Notes under the pieces: model-generated
Told to the model about the DNA's origin: nothing
The model's database searches: none
Seen by the model: only the letters and a program-made list of their open reading frames with translations
Shown here: positions 24,785 through 38,558 of the stretch, in pieces
Numbering within the stretch: the first letter of the stretch is position 1
Layout of the letters: each line of letters opens with the position of its first letter
DNA from: Octopus vulgaris
Taxonomy: Eukaryota
DNA length: 64,000 nucleotides
Direction: 5' to 3'
Assembly (NCBI GenBank): GCA_951406725.2
Contig: OX597816.1
Span: 147,188,001-147,252,000 of the forward strand
Program-made: the position numbers and the translations under genes

Positions 24785-24822
<38 letters not shown>

Positions 24823-24828
24823 GAGAAT

Positions 24829-24891
<63 letters not shown>

Positions 24892-24903
24892 TAGGATTCT
24901 CGT
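24765..24903. repeat. (TA)n array containing inverted copies of its own flank
   Basis: ACGAGAATCCTAGTA (24773-24787) and ACGAGAATCCTA (24821-24832) are reverse complements of TACTAGGATTCTCGT (24889-24903). Confidence 0.9.
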
Positions 24904-25099
24904 TACGATATCATATTCGAAATGAAATATTTTGAGAACGGAGCGTAATGAACGATGTGATAGACTTCAAACATAAAGGGCAACCAATTGCTTTAATGTA
25001 TTTGCATCACCAACAGAGCTCAAATATTTACATTGATTTTGCTACTAAATCTTTGGTAGAATGAGTTTAGAAAATTGTCTACATAATATCGAACCTAAC

Positions 25100-26800
25100 A
25101 GAATTTAGAGGTTAGAAGAAGTTGGGGTGGAATAATGGAATGTAGTGACCTAATTGCCTACACTTTGAAGACAATAGGGGGAATGTAGTTTTCAATAATC
25201 CAAAATGACATCTTTTGGGAGTTGTAGCTGTATTCTAGACAAAGGTGATTAATTAATATCATGACTAGCTACTAGACTAAGTACTGGAACCTTATATCTG
25301 ATTTTGTCTTTTCTAAAGAGTAAGGCTTGGGGTGGTAGAAAAGGGGAATGCCTAATTTGGGAAGGGGTGATAGTTGGAAGAAGGACAGTAAGAGCTAATA
25401 ATATTTATTTTGGTTGTCATGGTAATGAAAAACTAAAGGAATAAGTATTAGAATTTAGGGATGGAAGATAATTTCAGAGAATAATTGAAGCGGCACATTG
25501 TAACTTAGCACATTTATAATGCTAAAGTAAAATATAATTAAATATATAGATGGAGCCTAGAAGTTACACTTAAAATTTTAATAAGGAGATACATTAAGAT
25601 ATAAGACTTTTCATAAATGTAGAGTCAAGAGTATCCTGGTAAAACATTATATGGTGGAGTTTTAACGCAAGTATTTATTATATAAATATAGTATGCAATT
25701 AAATTGATATTAAAACCATTTCGTTAAATGCGGGTGGGTAAAGCCATGATACAATAAAAATGAGATCTAATATACAGGTTAAGTAAATTAGAGATATTAA
25801 ATATATTAAGAAATACATTCAAATACAATATTTAAATAAATTTAGTCTTGTAATCACAGAATGAATATCGTGTATAATTAAAAAAAATAATAATATAAGA
25901 TTACAGTATTCTGTGAATTTTACCAGAAAAAGTATAAATTCTCACAATAAAAAAGCTTTCAAAGTATATAAAAGGATATATATAAAGGCATAAAATTATT
26001 TAAAAATAAAATATAAGAATGTATTTCATATAATGCGTAATTAAAAATATCTAGAAATATAAACTATAAAAAACCATAAAAGGATACACAAAGGCATAAA
26101 ATATTCTTAAAATTATAAAATATAAGAAAAAATTATTAAAAAATATGAACGTATAAAAAGATGATATAAAAAGGTATAAAAAGTTATAAGGAAGGACATA
26201 AAATGAAATAAAATAAAAAAAATTTTTTTAATAATGGTATTGGTATATAAAAAAAAGTTATTGCCAGAATATTATAATTAATATGAAATAAATAAAATAT
26301 AGATATACCAAGTTCTAAAAGAGACAAAATTACATTTGGAAATGGGTTTATAAGATATATTTACAGTATATCTGAAGAAAACGATCGAGGTAGAATAATA
26401 ACAGACCTTAGAGAATTTATTTCATATTCAGGGCAGGTGCAAATTTAAAAAAAATAGATATATCATATATCAACCATGATATAAGAGATTCACCACTGGA
26501 AGGGTACATATTGTAATTATCAAAAATTTATAGATCAGAGGGACGAAGGATCACTAGAATGCATTATGGAATAGGTTTCGACATCACAGAGAGTAGGTTA
26601 TGAATATGGCATCCCGAATAATTTATGTCACCAAAAATACAGCATGATATAATTATTCATTAGCTGTTTCTAAAGTATTTAAAGGTAAGGTAATCCTATG
26701 AACACATGACACCCTAAGATCTAATTTACTATAAATTAGATTATGTTTATTTCTATATTTCAATATTTCATGTTTCCATGTAACATAGTCCACACATATA
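25100..26800 (+). mobile_element. Possible highly decayed Penelope-like remnant
   Basis: Strongly A-skewed strand with faint GIY-YIG-like wording near 26430-26570. No open frame. Confidence 0.25.
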
Positions 26801-27819
26801 CTGGCCGTTTGCGTGTGGTTGGGCTTTACACACTATATCCCATTTTAGATCGAATTTAATAAAGTGTAAACGAACAGGTAGGAAAATATAGATTTATTTC
26901 AGTAAGAAAACACTTTTCACTACCAACACATCACTACCACTGCCATTACCATTAACATAGCTTTCAGGAACAAAGCTCATTTCATTTCACTTCAGTCCAG
27001 CTGTTTGTTTATATCTAATTTTTCTTGCTATTGATGTGTCTCTACTCTGACAATATAAACGCTATCTGACTCACTCACTCTCTCTCTCTCACACACACAT
27101 ACATACACACACATACACAATGTAACTACCTCCCCTATCCACCTCTTTCTATCTGCCATTTTTAACCCCATCACGAGAACATCACCCTCTACTAAATATG
27201 TTATCCTAAACATATATTTCTCTTTACCTTTCCCTCCCCTCTCTACAAGTCGTTAGCACTTCTTCCTCCTCTTTTCTCTCACTGTCGTTTTTGTCTCGTT
27301 CTTCCCTTCTCCCTTCAACTAACCACGTGATGTACTTGGGATCATACTTTTTTCTATCTCTTCCTCACTTCCTTCTCTACTCATACTCCTTCCCGCTCTT
27401 TCTCTCAATTTTACTCCACCTCTCAGTCACTCCACCTCTACCTCTCTAACTAACTAAAGCATAACGAGTGAACGAACAAACAGTTTATTATATAGATCAT
27501 AAAATTATAGTAGCACATAAATGCATAAACTTTATAACCATACGTTATCAATCTTCAAAGAAAATGATGACAATCACGTGCTCATTTTATAATATAACCA
27601 TAGAATTGTAACAGTAAAGTTACTAAATTATATATTAATATATAACTGTGGAACCACATAATATTTTTGTACATTACTGGAAGCGCCATGTAATTGCCCT
27701 GTTGTTTTTGCAGAGTGAATATTGGCAATGTGTAGTAAATGATAAACAAAATATCTTACACGCTGCAAACAAATTTTAAATTCGTTTTGCTTGATGACTA
27801 TTTAATTTCATATACAAAT

Positions 27820-29805
27820 CATAAATAAATATATGAAAAGGCGAGGACATAGAAAGAAGCAAAGACTGTAAACAAATTCTAAAGCCTTCTCAAGATGTAT
27901 AAAAGAATCTAAATCTGTACGGTACTGGAACTCACCACTATTTGAAGACCGCCTAAGGATAAGTGAATTACTGAATGTGCAATACAAAAGTGTTTCCTCA
28001 AATCTGTTCAGAGACTTGTAAACTGATTCGCCTGATGTGTTTTTCGGTAAAAGAGGTCTAAGGTGGTTAGCACGCCGGGCAAAATACTTAGCGGTACTTC
28101 GTCTGCTGCTACGTTCTAAGTTCGAATTCCGCCGAGGTCGACTTTATCTTTCATCCTTTCGAAATAAGTGCCAGTTACGCACTGCAGTCGATATAATCGA
28201 CTTAATCCGTTTGTCTTTCCTTGTTTGTCCTCTCTGTGTTTAGTTCTTTGTAGGTAGTCAAGAAATAGGTAAAACAGGTCTACAAAAATAGATGACAGTT
28301 AATGATTACATCGAAATAGAGGAAATGGAGATAATATGAGCCATCGATGAAAGGAAGAGGACTTCAACCACAGTCCCTGACAGATTTCCAGAAAGCCTCG
28401 CAAAGAAATGTAAAGGGGCCTGTAGCAAGACCGCTACAGTTCCTCTTCCAATGCTTCCTTTCAAATGGGTGACTTCTCAGAAAGTTAAAGATCAGATAGC
28501 GTGTCCTATCTATAAAGGAGGTAGCAGAGCGGTTGGCAGCAGTTATAAACCTGCATCTCTAACCTCAAATGTCAACATAGTCATAGAAGGCATTGTCGGG
28601 AGGAAGTTGAATAGCTCCCTGACATCAGGCATGGCTTCCACTCAGGAAGAAGCTGCTTCACACTGCTTCTTCAACATTATAGCTGGGTGTTGAAACAACT
28701 AATGAATCGCTCAACGGTAGATGTGATTTTACAAACGCCTTTGATAAAGTTGAGTTGGAAAATTGGAAAACTGGTTTCATGTCTTCTCTAAAGACAGAAG
28801 CCATGTTGTAGAAGCCAATAGGGCTCCTTCCAAAGAAACAGCAACAGAGAGTGGAGTGCTCTAGGGGGCTATCTTGGGACTGCTCCGGTTTATGGAAATT
28901 ATTTCCAAAATGACATCAGATAGATATCTACACTTACTAATCTATGCTTACGACACAAAAATAGTACGAGCAGTCAAGGGACATTTCGATTCTAGTTTTC
29001 TGCAGAAAGACTTTGATGCCGTATGTAAATGGGCTGAAGAAAAGATACAAACGCTGCGGCTTTCTAAGTGTCAAGTTCAGAGCGTGATCGGGGGATTGGC
29101 ATAAGCAACAACGCCACGTTTCACGTGCATATCACCAAGAGAGTGGCAATGTAGAGGTGAATGGCCAGATGGATTATCAGAAATTTCAGGACTATGCTGG
29201 GTCTATTAGATAACATTTTACCTCAGCCGTCTGGACTACCGTTACCAACTGTATCACCCTACAGTGTCAAATTAAAAGCGGAACCTGAGAGAGTTCACCG
29301 GTTTTACACCATAGAGATTCCATCACTGGAACAGAGGAGCTGCTGGCAGAGACTGAAAGAAGTACGAATCTACTGCCTATAGCGAGGATGGGAGAGAAAG
29401 CAGTGAAATACCTATGTAGGATGTTAAAGGGGTTGCCATCGGATCTATAGCCGCCTAAGAATGAACATCACTGCACAGTTCCAAAGATTACAGCCACGTC
29501 GTCTAGAGTGAGATCTATGTATTGCAATAGGTTTGCATTTAAGTGCTTACGGCTATTTAATATCGTCCCATGAGACATCTACATACAGTTACAATAGATA
29601 TTTTCAAGAAATTTGAACTCCTTCTGCCCAAGGTAGCAGATGAACCTATATCACGGCAAAAACCTCAAAACGGGGAGCAGTGTCCAACTCCCACTTTCAT
29701 TAAAAGCTAGTCGCATAAGAATGACCATTGTAAAGGTGATTAACTAGCGGTGCTCCAGGATGCCCACAACCTTTGGGCTGAATGGTATAAAAGAGTAAAA
29801 GAATT
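27820..29805 (+). mobile_element. Old decayed CR1/L2-group LINE (family D, relative of B/C)
   Basis: Fragments NSKAF...RISELLNVQYKSV, CPIYKGGSRA..YKPASLTS, YAYDTKI, LQKDFDAVCKWAE, RWIIRNFRT. 3' end GCGGTGCTCCAGGATGCCCACAACC..GGGCTGAA..AAAAGAGTAAAAGAAT. Many stops. Confidence 0.85.
28061..28267 (+). mobile_element. SINE family B inserted into LINE D, 15 bp TSD
   Basis: Homologous to 4703-4937. Flanked by GGTAAAAGAGGTCTA / GGTAAAACAGGTCTA. Confidence 0.85.
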
Positions 29806-29808
29806 CAT

Positions 29809-29890
29809 ATACGAGAGGGTACTCAAAATAGTCCTGGTTTTAAGAGTATCACGAAAGACCTGGTTGGACATTATTCCAGTTCTTTTATAG
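29809..29890 (+). mobile_element. Possible mariner-like terminal fragment
   Basis: TA|CGAGAGGGTACTCAAAATAGTCC resembles mariner TIRs. No partner seen. Confidence 0.3.
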
Positions 29891-31004
29891 GGTGTAGAAA
29901 AAGTAAATTACCACTGCAGTAAGTGACGCGTTCGGAAATTAAAATTACTTAACCAAATAAAAATGAAAAGCACCGATTGAGCCGAAACTCAGTTTTCCTC
30001 TTTGATGCTATGGCATATTAATCGCAGTCTTTGCCACCATGAAATAAACACATACATTCCAGCACATCATTACTATGCAGGCAATCTTAGGAATTTATGA
30101 TTCTTTTGTAGCGTAGCACCTGCACAATTCTTTACCATTCATCACTTGTTTTCACGAGGACTCGATTTGAACACCAACATTTTTCATATTATACAGTGCA
30201 AGGCGTAATATATTCATTCTGCTCTCAATATTTCCAAAGAAAATGTTTATAGTTTACTTCACAATATAATTTCAACAATTAAATCTATAAATCTAATATT
30301 GGTTAATCTCGGATGAAACAATTAGGTTTCTCTTCTTAATATTTATATTTTATCTATCTGTCAATCTATGGCTTTGCGTATTTACGTGTATGTGAGAGAG
30401 TGGGGAATGTTAGACCATAGTAACAATATAATTATGTATATACATTTCAAATAATATTATATCTAACTATATTTATAGTATCTTCAATATAATTATATTT
30501 ATATTATCTTTAATATAAATTTATATATTTCCCAAAATGATGTCGCTCATGATCACAGCCAGATGGAAGAAAGTATAGAAGATTAATATTATATGAATGC
30601 ATGAGCATTTGCCAGTATCTCAATGTATTTACATACACAGAATTGGTACATAAATTAACAACTACTTACATGAACAGATACAACCATACATATAAACATT
30701 ACTGATCACCAATAAATTCCAGGTTGCACCATTCGTAGTCTTATTGAGATATAAGAAAACACCGTAAATGCAGTATTCGATTATAATTTCATCCACAATT
30801 TATAATGAATTAACGACTGAATGTTCGCCATGGGCTTGATCTTGATGCTGCGTAAGGTAACAGTTTTGGTTGAGAAGCACCATATCATACGTTAGATTAA
30901 CACTTCATTTCTTGTGTTCTTGTTTTCGAGCTGAGGATATGCAGATAATCAAAACTAGAGTATTTTATTGCTCTTAAGATGGAAGGTAATCTTTATGCTT
31001 GAAG

Positions 31005-31390
31005 ATGCATGACTGTGCCGTTAAGATTGCGGTTCGAAACCACATGGTTTCAGGTTCATTCCAATTGTGCGGCACATTGAGCAGATATTTTACTATCGCC
31101 CAGGGCTGACGAGTACGAATTTGGTTGTCGGAAACTGTGTGGAAGCCTGACGTCCACACACAACATATGCATGTGTGTGCGTATGTGTGTGTGTAAGGCT
31201 TCCACACAATTAAAGGAACATACGCAAATCGACACACATATATGTACATATACATGTTCACATTTCTGCATACGTAAATGTCGATTTTTCTTTTGTTGCT
31301 GTAACTTAGAAGTTTGGGCAAACGAGACGCTGTACCCTTCAAGGTAGTCCACAGCATGGCTACATTCCAATGACTGTTAAACAAAACAGA
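31005..31390 (+). mobile_element. Degenerate SINE family A
   Basis: AACCACATGGTTTCAGGTTCA..TGCGGCACATTGAGCA head; tail AAGGTAGTCCACAGCATGGCTACATTCCAATGACTG. Confidence 0.7.
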
Positions 31391-34300
31391 CTTATAAGAT
31401 TCAGTGATATGTGTCAGTTCCTATTTATAGAGGTGATGTAACTTTGCCACATCATGCATAAACTAAACATAGGGGAAGCCAATGATTGGGACATCAAGAA
31501 AAATTGGTGAGATGTCTAATCTGAGAGGATTGCGCAGTTGGGGGTATAATAGAAAAGAATTCTTTAATGTGAGGAAATAGCATATGTAATAGACGTCAAA
31601 ATGTCTTGGATATCAGCATAGATATATATGCTTCGGTCTTAGTGACCCTACCCCACGCAAGGTACAACTGTATTATCTGGCATGACGATTTCACTTCGCG
31701 AGACAAATGAGTGTCAATTCTGTATGTGGTCAGCTAATTTTGCTAGACACGGTCGAATGGTTCTGATGTTACGTTTAATGACATTATATACGCTGGAGTT
31801 CTCAATAGAAAATACAACTGCATAGTATCATAGTAAATCTGGTTATATCTGGAAGTACGGAACTAGACGTCTCATTATTGAAATGGTGGAAAGAGTCGGG
31901 ATGTTCAAAAAGATAACAACTATTTCGACATCTTTAGGCAAATCAATAACAGTTCGGTTTGTTGAATTGATGGTTGAGATTAAGCAACACATTGTCATCG
32001 GCCCCGAATTGTAGTGCGGTTGAGGATATGTAACTTTATGTCAGTATATTGGCAAACCTCTGACCTACTTAATACTAGGTTTGCCCTGTCTATTTTACTC
32101 CTAGATATCAGGTGAGAGGACTTTCTTTCAAAACCCTGTAAGCTATGGACACTACTGCAAAAGGTGTAGTAGGAACGATCCTGTCAGTGTACCACTTAAC
32201 TTGCAGCTCATGAGAAGGTCAGCTAAAGTATATCAAGAAATTTCTCCTTCAAAAATATACTCGAGGTTCAAGCAGTTGTGTAATACGATGCCAATGGGTA
32301 TTGGCATCGTATTATACATAATCTTCATCAAAAAGGGAAGAATAGATCATTTTACTGCTATTACTAGAAGCAGTGTATTATTTAAACTGCAGTCAACCAT
32401 GCGCTGTGCTTGTTTAAAGATATGAATGATTGGTACTGCAAATTCCCTGCACTTTTAAAAGCCATGTTAACTCATGATGCTACAATTTTTCAAAGCTACT
32501 AGAGGAGTAATTGATAATTATTTTTTATAATTGTTAGTTTTAATTGTGTTTTATGATTGTTTTTTAAAGTTTGTCAGGACTAACATCACCACTGGAAGAA
32601 AAGTTGTTCCGATGGGGAAACAGTAAGAAATGGTTTAATTGATAGTTTAGTGCTGGATAGAGAATTAATATTGAATACAAAATTAGATAAATGAAAAAGA
32701 AAGCAAAAGAGTAATTGCGCTAAGGTGTAAAGGTACGATGTCCTTTTACATGGAGTGAAAAACATTCAGTTGTAAATAACATCTTAGTTTGTAAATAGGG
32801 ATGGATGGTGAAAAACGATACACTACTGGCTGTGGTTCCTTCTTTTCTTTGAAAAAAAAGCTATAAACACAAAAAAAATTAGACGAATGAATCCAAGAGG
32901 AGGATAGTTTGTTGTGGTAACATTCTTCAAACTATTTACATAATTAAACGAGCGAGGGAATTCCCTTTCTATTTCTATTTTTCGAAAAGAGTACGTGTAG
33001 TTCGTTGGTATTATAAATTTCAAAACGATTTTATAGCCAGAAAGGAATCTCGATCGCCAACTATTATAAATAGTAACATGACTAATAAACACGAGTTTAT
33101 TTTATAAACATTGACTACTGTACTACATTGATAGGGAGAGAATACATACATAAGATATATATTTAATAATGAATTAATAAATCTGGCTGCTATTCAGAAT
33201 TCAGTTTAGTCGACGACTGCACAGCTAATAAAGCAAGAAATCAATGTTTACCTTCATTTCACTCGCTGAAATTAATACAATAGAGGCAAAGATTATTATG
33301 ATGCCAACTGTAAATTAGAATAGATTAGTTGAAGAGAAGAATTAAGAAGTTGTGTTCAAGACGGATAATTTAATTAAGCTAAATTTCAACTTGAGATATC
33401 TTACAATAAATTAGTGCCTTGTAATCTACTAAATTTTGTGTCATTAGATATTTAGAACACCTGTTTCAATCAATAACACAATATCACACCATCAGGTCTT
33501 CTAATTCATCACGCTTCATTGTTGAGAGACAAAAACATATAAAACAAGCGCACTATCACATACTTCAGAGTTTCAAACAGAAAAAGAAAAAATAATTGAA
33601 TGTAATATGACCTGTATTGGATAGCCTTTATGTTTAAATTTCTAGATATTTATTTATTTATTTTCTCTCATTCAAGTAGCAACGGTCATTGTTATAAGTG
33701 TAAAATCGTTGTTTACACGTTTCCGTCAATGCAACCTAATTTTGAGACCACCTTCAGAGGCTTCCAATTGATTATATCGACTGATGTTCTTATTTTAGTG
33801 TGGTATTTACTATATTGATACCTATCTATCGTGTGACTCATACATTCTATAGTAAACGGACAAAATGAAATTTAGTGTTTTACACAGGTTAATAAATTAC
33901 CAAGCACACACTCATACACTTGTGTGTATGAATATGAGTATAGCAAATTCCAAGACTCATGAACCATACAAGAGAAATAATTTCATGTAGTAGTGCAGAA
34001 TACCTGTTACATAATTGCAATTAAGTGTGAAATTATCATCCATATCTTCAGGAGGCATAACGATTTTGTGCTCTTTAAATTGGCAATTGTTAAATACCCT
34101 ATCCCTGACAGGCAAACTGTGAAATGATGATATCCTTCCCCGTTGTTCTTGTGTCTACAAAAGAGAATATGGACACCTATATTTGTTATTATTCTTTCTT
34201 AAGCTTTCACTTACATGAAATTAAGACTCCTGAAGATATTAGTTTCGCTTATTGCCTTTAATGGATGTGAAACATTACCATAAGATCAAGCGACACTGCC

Positions 34301-34544
34301 AAACTAAAATCATTTGAAACGTGTTACTAAAGGGTAGTGAGGATCCGAAATGTGCACGTACACTCACTCACATAATCTTCAAGCTCTCTGACAAATCTGC
34401 CCATACACACCTACACGCATATACACTCACAAACTTTACACTCAAGTCCACATACACACCTTACCAAAGATCCTGTTATTTCTTCCTTTCCACCAACCTC
34501 ATTCCTTCATGTCAATTCAACGTGTGAAACGCTTAATCCAGACA

Positions 34545-34705
34545 CGTTTTATTCTTTCTCTGTTTTCGTTCTTCATTCAATTCTATAGAAGAGTGTGGGC
34601 TCGAACCGTCAAAGACTTCTTCCATTTTCCTGAGAGTCAAAATAATACACTATGTTTGTCGTTTTCTTTATGTGTCTCTGTCATTTTGTTTTTATTCTCT
34701 GTACA
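34545..34705 (+). mobile_element. Short Penelope-derived repeat with a degenerate hammerhead core
   Basis: TAGAAGAG-TGTGGG-CTCGAACCGTC followed by TTTCCTGAGAGTCAAAATAATACACTA, homologous to 62160-62340 (minus). Confidence 0.5.
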
Positions 34706-34712
34706 ATTCTGA

Positions 34713-34765
34713 ACCCCAGCATGGCCACAGCATGTGAGCTGAAACTAATTCAATTCAATTGAATT
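34713..34765 (+). mobile_element. Extreme 3' tip of a LINE-C-like element
   Basis: CCCCAGCATGGCCACAGCATGTGAGCTGAAACT + (AATTC)n, matching 51481-51513, followed by a TA array. Confidence 0.75.
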
Positions 34766-34768
34766 CCT

Positions 34769-34801
<33 letters not shown>

Positions 34802-34954
34802 CGTGCGTGTTTGTGTGTGTGTGTGTGTGTATGTGTGCGTGTATGTATGTATACATATCTATGCATGCATCCGTTCATGTATGTAAATATATATATATAT
34901 AAAATAAAATTTACTTGGAAATGGACGCATAGCGTTCGATCATATAATAATATA

Positions 34955-34997
<43 letters not shown>

Positions 34998-37958
34998 TGC
35001 ACACACATATATATATATATAGATATATACATAGAGAGAGAATGAAGACAGAGGCAAACAGATATACATACAGGGATTTATATACAAACATACATACATG
35101 CATATATACATATATACATACATATATACATACATACATATATACATACATATGTGCACATATGTTGATAAACATGTGAATATGACAACGCGTAAACACG
35201 CTTACATGTATGACTAATTTTTCTCCTGCTTTCTTTTTATATTTTAACGATGGAGATCATCTCTGTTCTGGAAATTCGCAATATCAAATCATATAAGAGC
35301 ATGCGTCGCTTCAATATCTACGACTCAAAAGTGGTATAGGTGGGAGCGAGGGTGACTGGAGAGGTGCAATTTCTTTCGCCGTTTTTACATGTTAGCTGTT
35401 CCCCGTGAGTAAAAAAACTACGGCGGTGGCGGCATTTCCTTTTCGCAAACGTCTTATATTTCTACCGCTATAATTGCTTACCTGCCGTATGTTTGTGATT
35501 CCAAAATCAGGACCTTGCCTAAGACTAAGAAAATGGTGTACCAAAATTGTAGCACATATTTTAGTGACAAGCTGTGTGACCTTCTCTAAACGTTTGAATT
35601 TCGCTATATTTGTAATAAGCAAAAAGCAAATGAAAGTATTCTTCTCATATATCTGTGTATTTACATGTGCATTGTCAAGCACATTAAATAGGCATAAATA
35701 TGAAGATGCATATGAGAACACTAATAGGTGATCGTTCACGCATATAAATATTTGTCGCTTAACACTATGTGCATCATACGGATTATCCAAAAATCGTAAT
35801 CCACACCAAGTACTACTTCAAGGGGCCGATTTTACCTCTTTTTGATCCAAGCATTCATAGATAGAACAGGATGTTATTAGTGTTCGTGTTTGAAGAAGAA
35901 TGTTATCAGATTTCTGACCTCACATATGCGTACATATGCAAACAAATTCAAGTTGATATTAAATTACAATATCTCAACATTGCTTCTCGATAAGAAAACG
36001 GTACGTACTCGGTCAAAAATATGAAAACAAAATCCAGAAAAGTATACCTATTCGATATTGTTATAAATTCCAGTGCAAAATCTCTGTTTTACGTTTGGAA
36101 CATATTAGTACATGTTTTTTACCATTATTTGAAAAACCATACCTTATGAACACATGAAGTACAAAAATTGCGTTTATATACACACGTAACTCTATTCATG
36201 TAATCCTATTCATGTGTGGAACTCGCTCTGCTTAAATTAGGAGCACAAATCACTTTTTCTGCGAGCAGCTATAATTGATGTAAATTGTATGAAAGTGTAA
36301 CTTCAAGAACACACATAACACCTATATATATATGCAATATCATTTGTATCATTCATTGCACCATTTGAAACATATTTCAAACTATTGAGAAAGTAAGATT
36401 TTGTTATTTTCATTTTTTATTAATAAACAAAAGAAAAATATACATATATCGAAGTTATATTTGCAAAATGAGAAATATTATACATTTTCATATCTTCATT
36501 ATGCTCCTAAAAAATTGCATGTAATTACTGCGTTTGACTACAAGTCTAAATTCCAAACTCTGAAATAAAACGAAAAAACATAAAGTGCATTTAATTATTC
36601 TAATTGTTCAAAACTCCAAAAATCAATATATTTTCTATCAGACATTGCCAAGTGAAAGTGAGAAACAAAATCATTTAGTAGATAATTTTTGAGCCATATG
36701 CTTTGGAGCAAACATCAAAAAATGGGAAAATCCTATTATTTAACAAATCTTGAAATTACTTCACTTTAGTTTGTATAAATTTATTCGCTATTTCATTGAT
36801 AAACTTTTATTTTATAAATTGAAGTAATATTTAAATAAAAGTATCATTATATTATTCTTCCTGAATAGCATGTCATAAAAAATAGTTATTTCGCATTCTT
36901 AAGAATTGTAGAGAATACACTTGTACACGATATTTCATCTACACGCATCGTTAAATTAACGGGCGCATTCGTACATTCACATATACATATATATATATAT
37001 ATATCCCCCATAGTTTTGAAACTCATTAAATATTCTTCAAACAGTAATATATCTCTTTAATGAATCTCTTCAAAATAATGACAAATGTAATGTTGAAAAT
37101 CAATTGTCCTATTGTTTATTTCAGTGTTTTTCGTAATTTTTCTTTTTCATTTTTTGTGAAATACAAAAGAAACGGCATTCAAAGGTTATTCAGCGTTATA
37201 ATTTTGTGAAGTTTTCAAATGTATTTTATGTTGTTCCACATTCCAAATGCAGAATATCTGTTGCGTGTTACTTTTCCAAATTAGCAAAAAAATTTTAACA
37301 AGTACCATCGATTATATTAGTTTCTAATCATTGAAACGGAAATGCCTGATGGAAATGTATCAATTAGCATTACTGTTCTGTAAAAGTTAAAAGAACTTTT
37401 TGATTAATAGAAGAGTAACGCGTCTTTTTCTATCCACTGAACACCTAGAATTATACAGAAGAACAAGGTGCATTTTAATAAGTACATGTAGCAAGTTATA
37501 TGATCCGTATGAACGGTCAATCAAATATAACAATGATGATGATGATATAATTCTGCCATTTATACGGATCAATTTAGTATTAAGACACATAAGCACTTCA
37601 CAGGGTACAAGATAATTACTCTTCGCCATTATTTTTCAGCCTTTTACAAGCGTTTTCAATAAATATATAGATTATATGTAAATTATTTCGACTGCGACAT
37701 AAGTCCATTGAGTGAAATATTAAACTGGAAAAGTTACGTATCAATACAGCTTGTAAACAAAATATTGCGATCTCAATTCTAGTAACATCTCCGCGTGTAC
37801 CTACGTGCATACTTGCATGCAAACCCACATGCAGACAGCTATTCATATACATAGACGCGCGCACACACACACACACACACATATATACACAACTATAAAC
37901 AATGACCCGCATGTATATGTTTAACCACATACATAAAATACACGCACATGCACTTATA

Positions 37959-37960
<2 letters not shown>

Positions 37961-38002
<42 letters not shown>

Positions 38003-38030
38003 TGTGTGTGTGTGTATATATGTGTATATA

Positions 38031-38073
<43 letters not shown>

Positions 38074-38081
38074 GTATATAT
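37961..38081. repeat. (TA)n/(TG)n microsatellite
   Basis: Direct reading; abuts the 5' end of LINE A copy 2. Confidence 0.95.
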
Positions 38082-38558
38082 CCTTAAGCTGAGACGATAA
38101 GACGTGTTTTTACTCCTCTCTGCGCCGGTCAGCAGCAAGCTTCACAGCTACATTCGTCGTAATTGACCATCACATATATTCCTGTATATTTGAAACCACG
38201 CTTTTTCCCAACTCGTGAGTAGACTTTTCCTTAACCAAAAACTATTTTCATAACTTTCAAACGACCAAATATTTTCAAACACCTTCTGATAACTAAAGGA
38301 TCACCCACACATTAAAAATTAGAAAAAAAAAAAGAGGGAAAAAAAAGAAAAGAAAAGAAAGATAAAATAACTACAAGCTCATAATTCAAATACAAACTTC
38401 TCAGTATTACAGCAAACATTCTGTACAATCAATTCTACATACTTCTCCTTAAAAAAAAAAAAATAAATAAATAAATAAAATAAAATAAAATAAAATAATT
38501 AAAAGTAATCAACAAAACAAACGAACAAAATAAAATTTAATAAAACATATCAACCAGA

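Noticed and set aside
32201-32425. Possible decayed gag zinc knuckle (KKGRIDHFTAITRS)
   Set aside because: Cysteines are absent and there is no LTR or pol evidence; too weak without a search.
38211-38558. Intron in the LINE A 5' UTR (GTGAGT at ~38215, CAG before the ATG)
   Set aside because: No polypyrimidine tract (A-rich), and it is retained in both retrotransposed copies.
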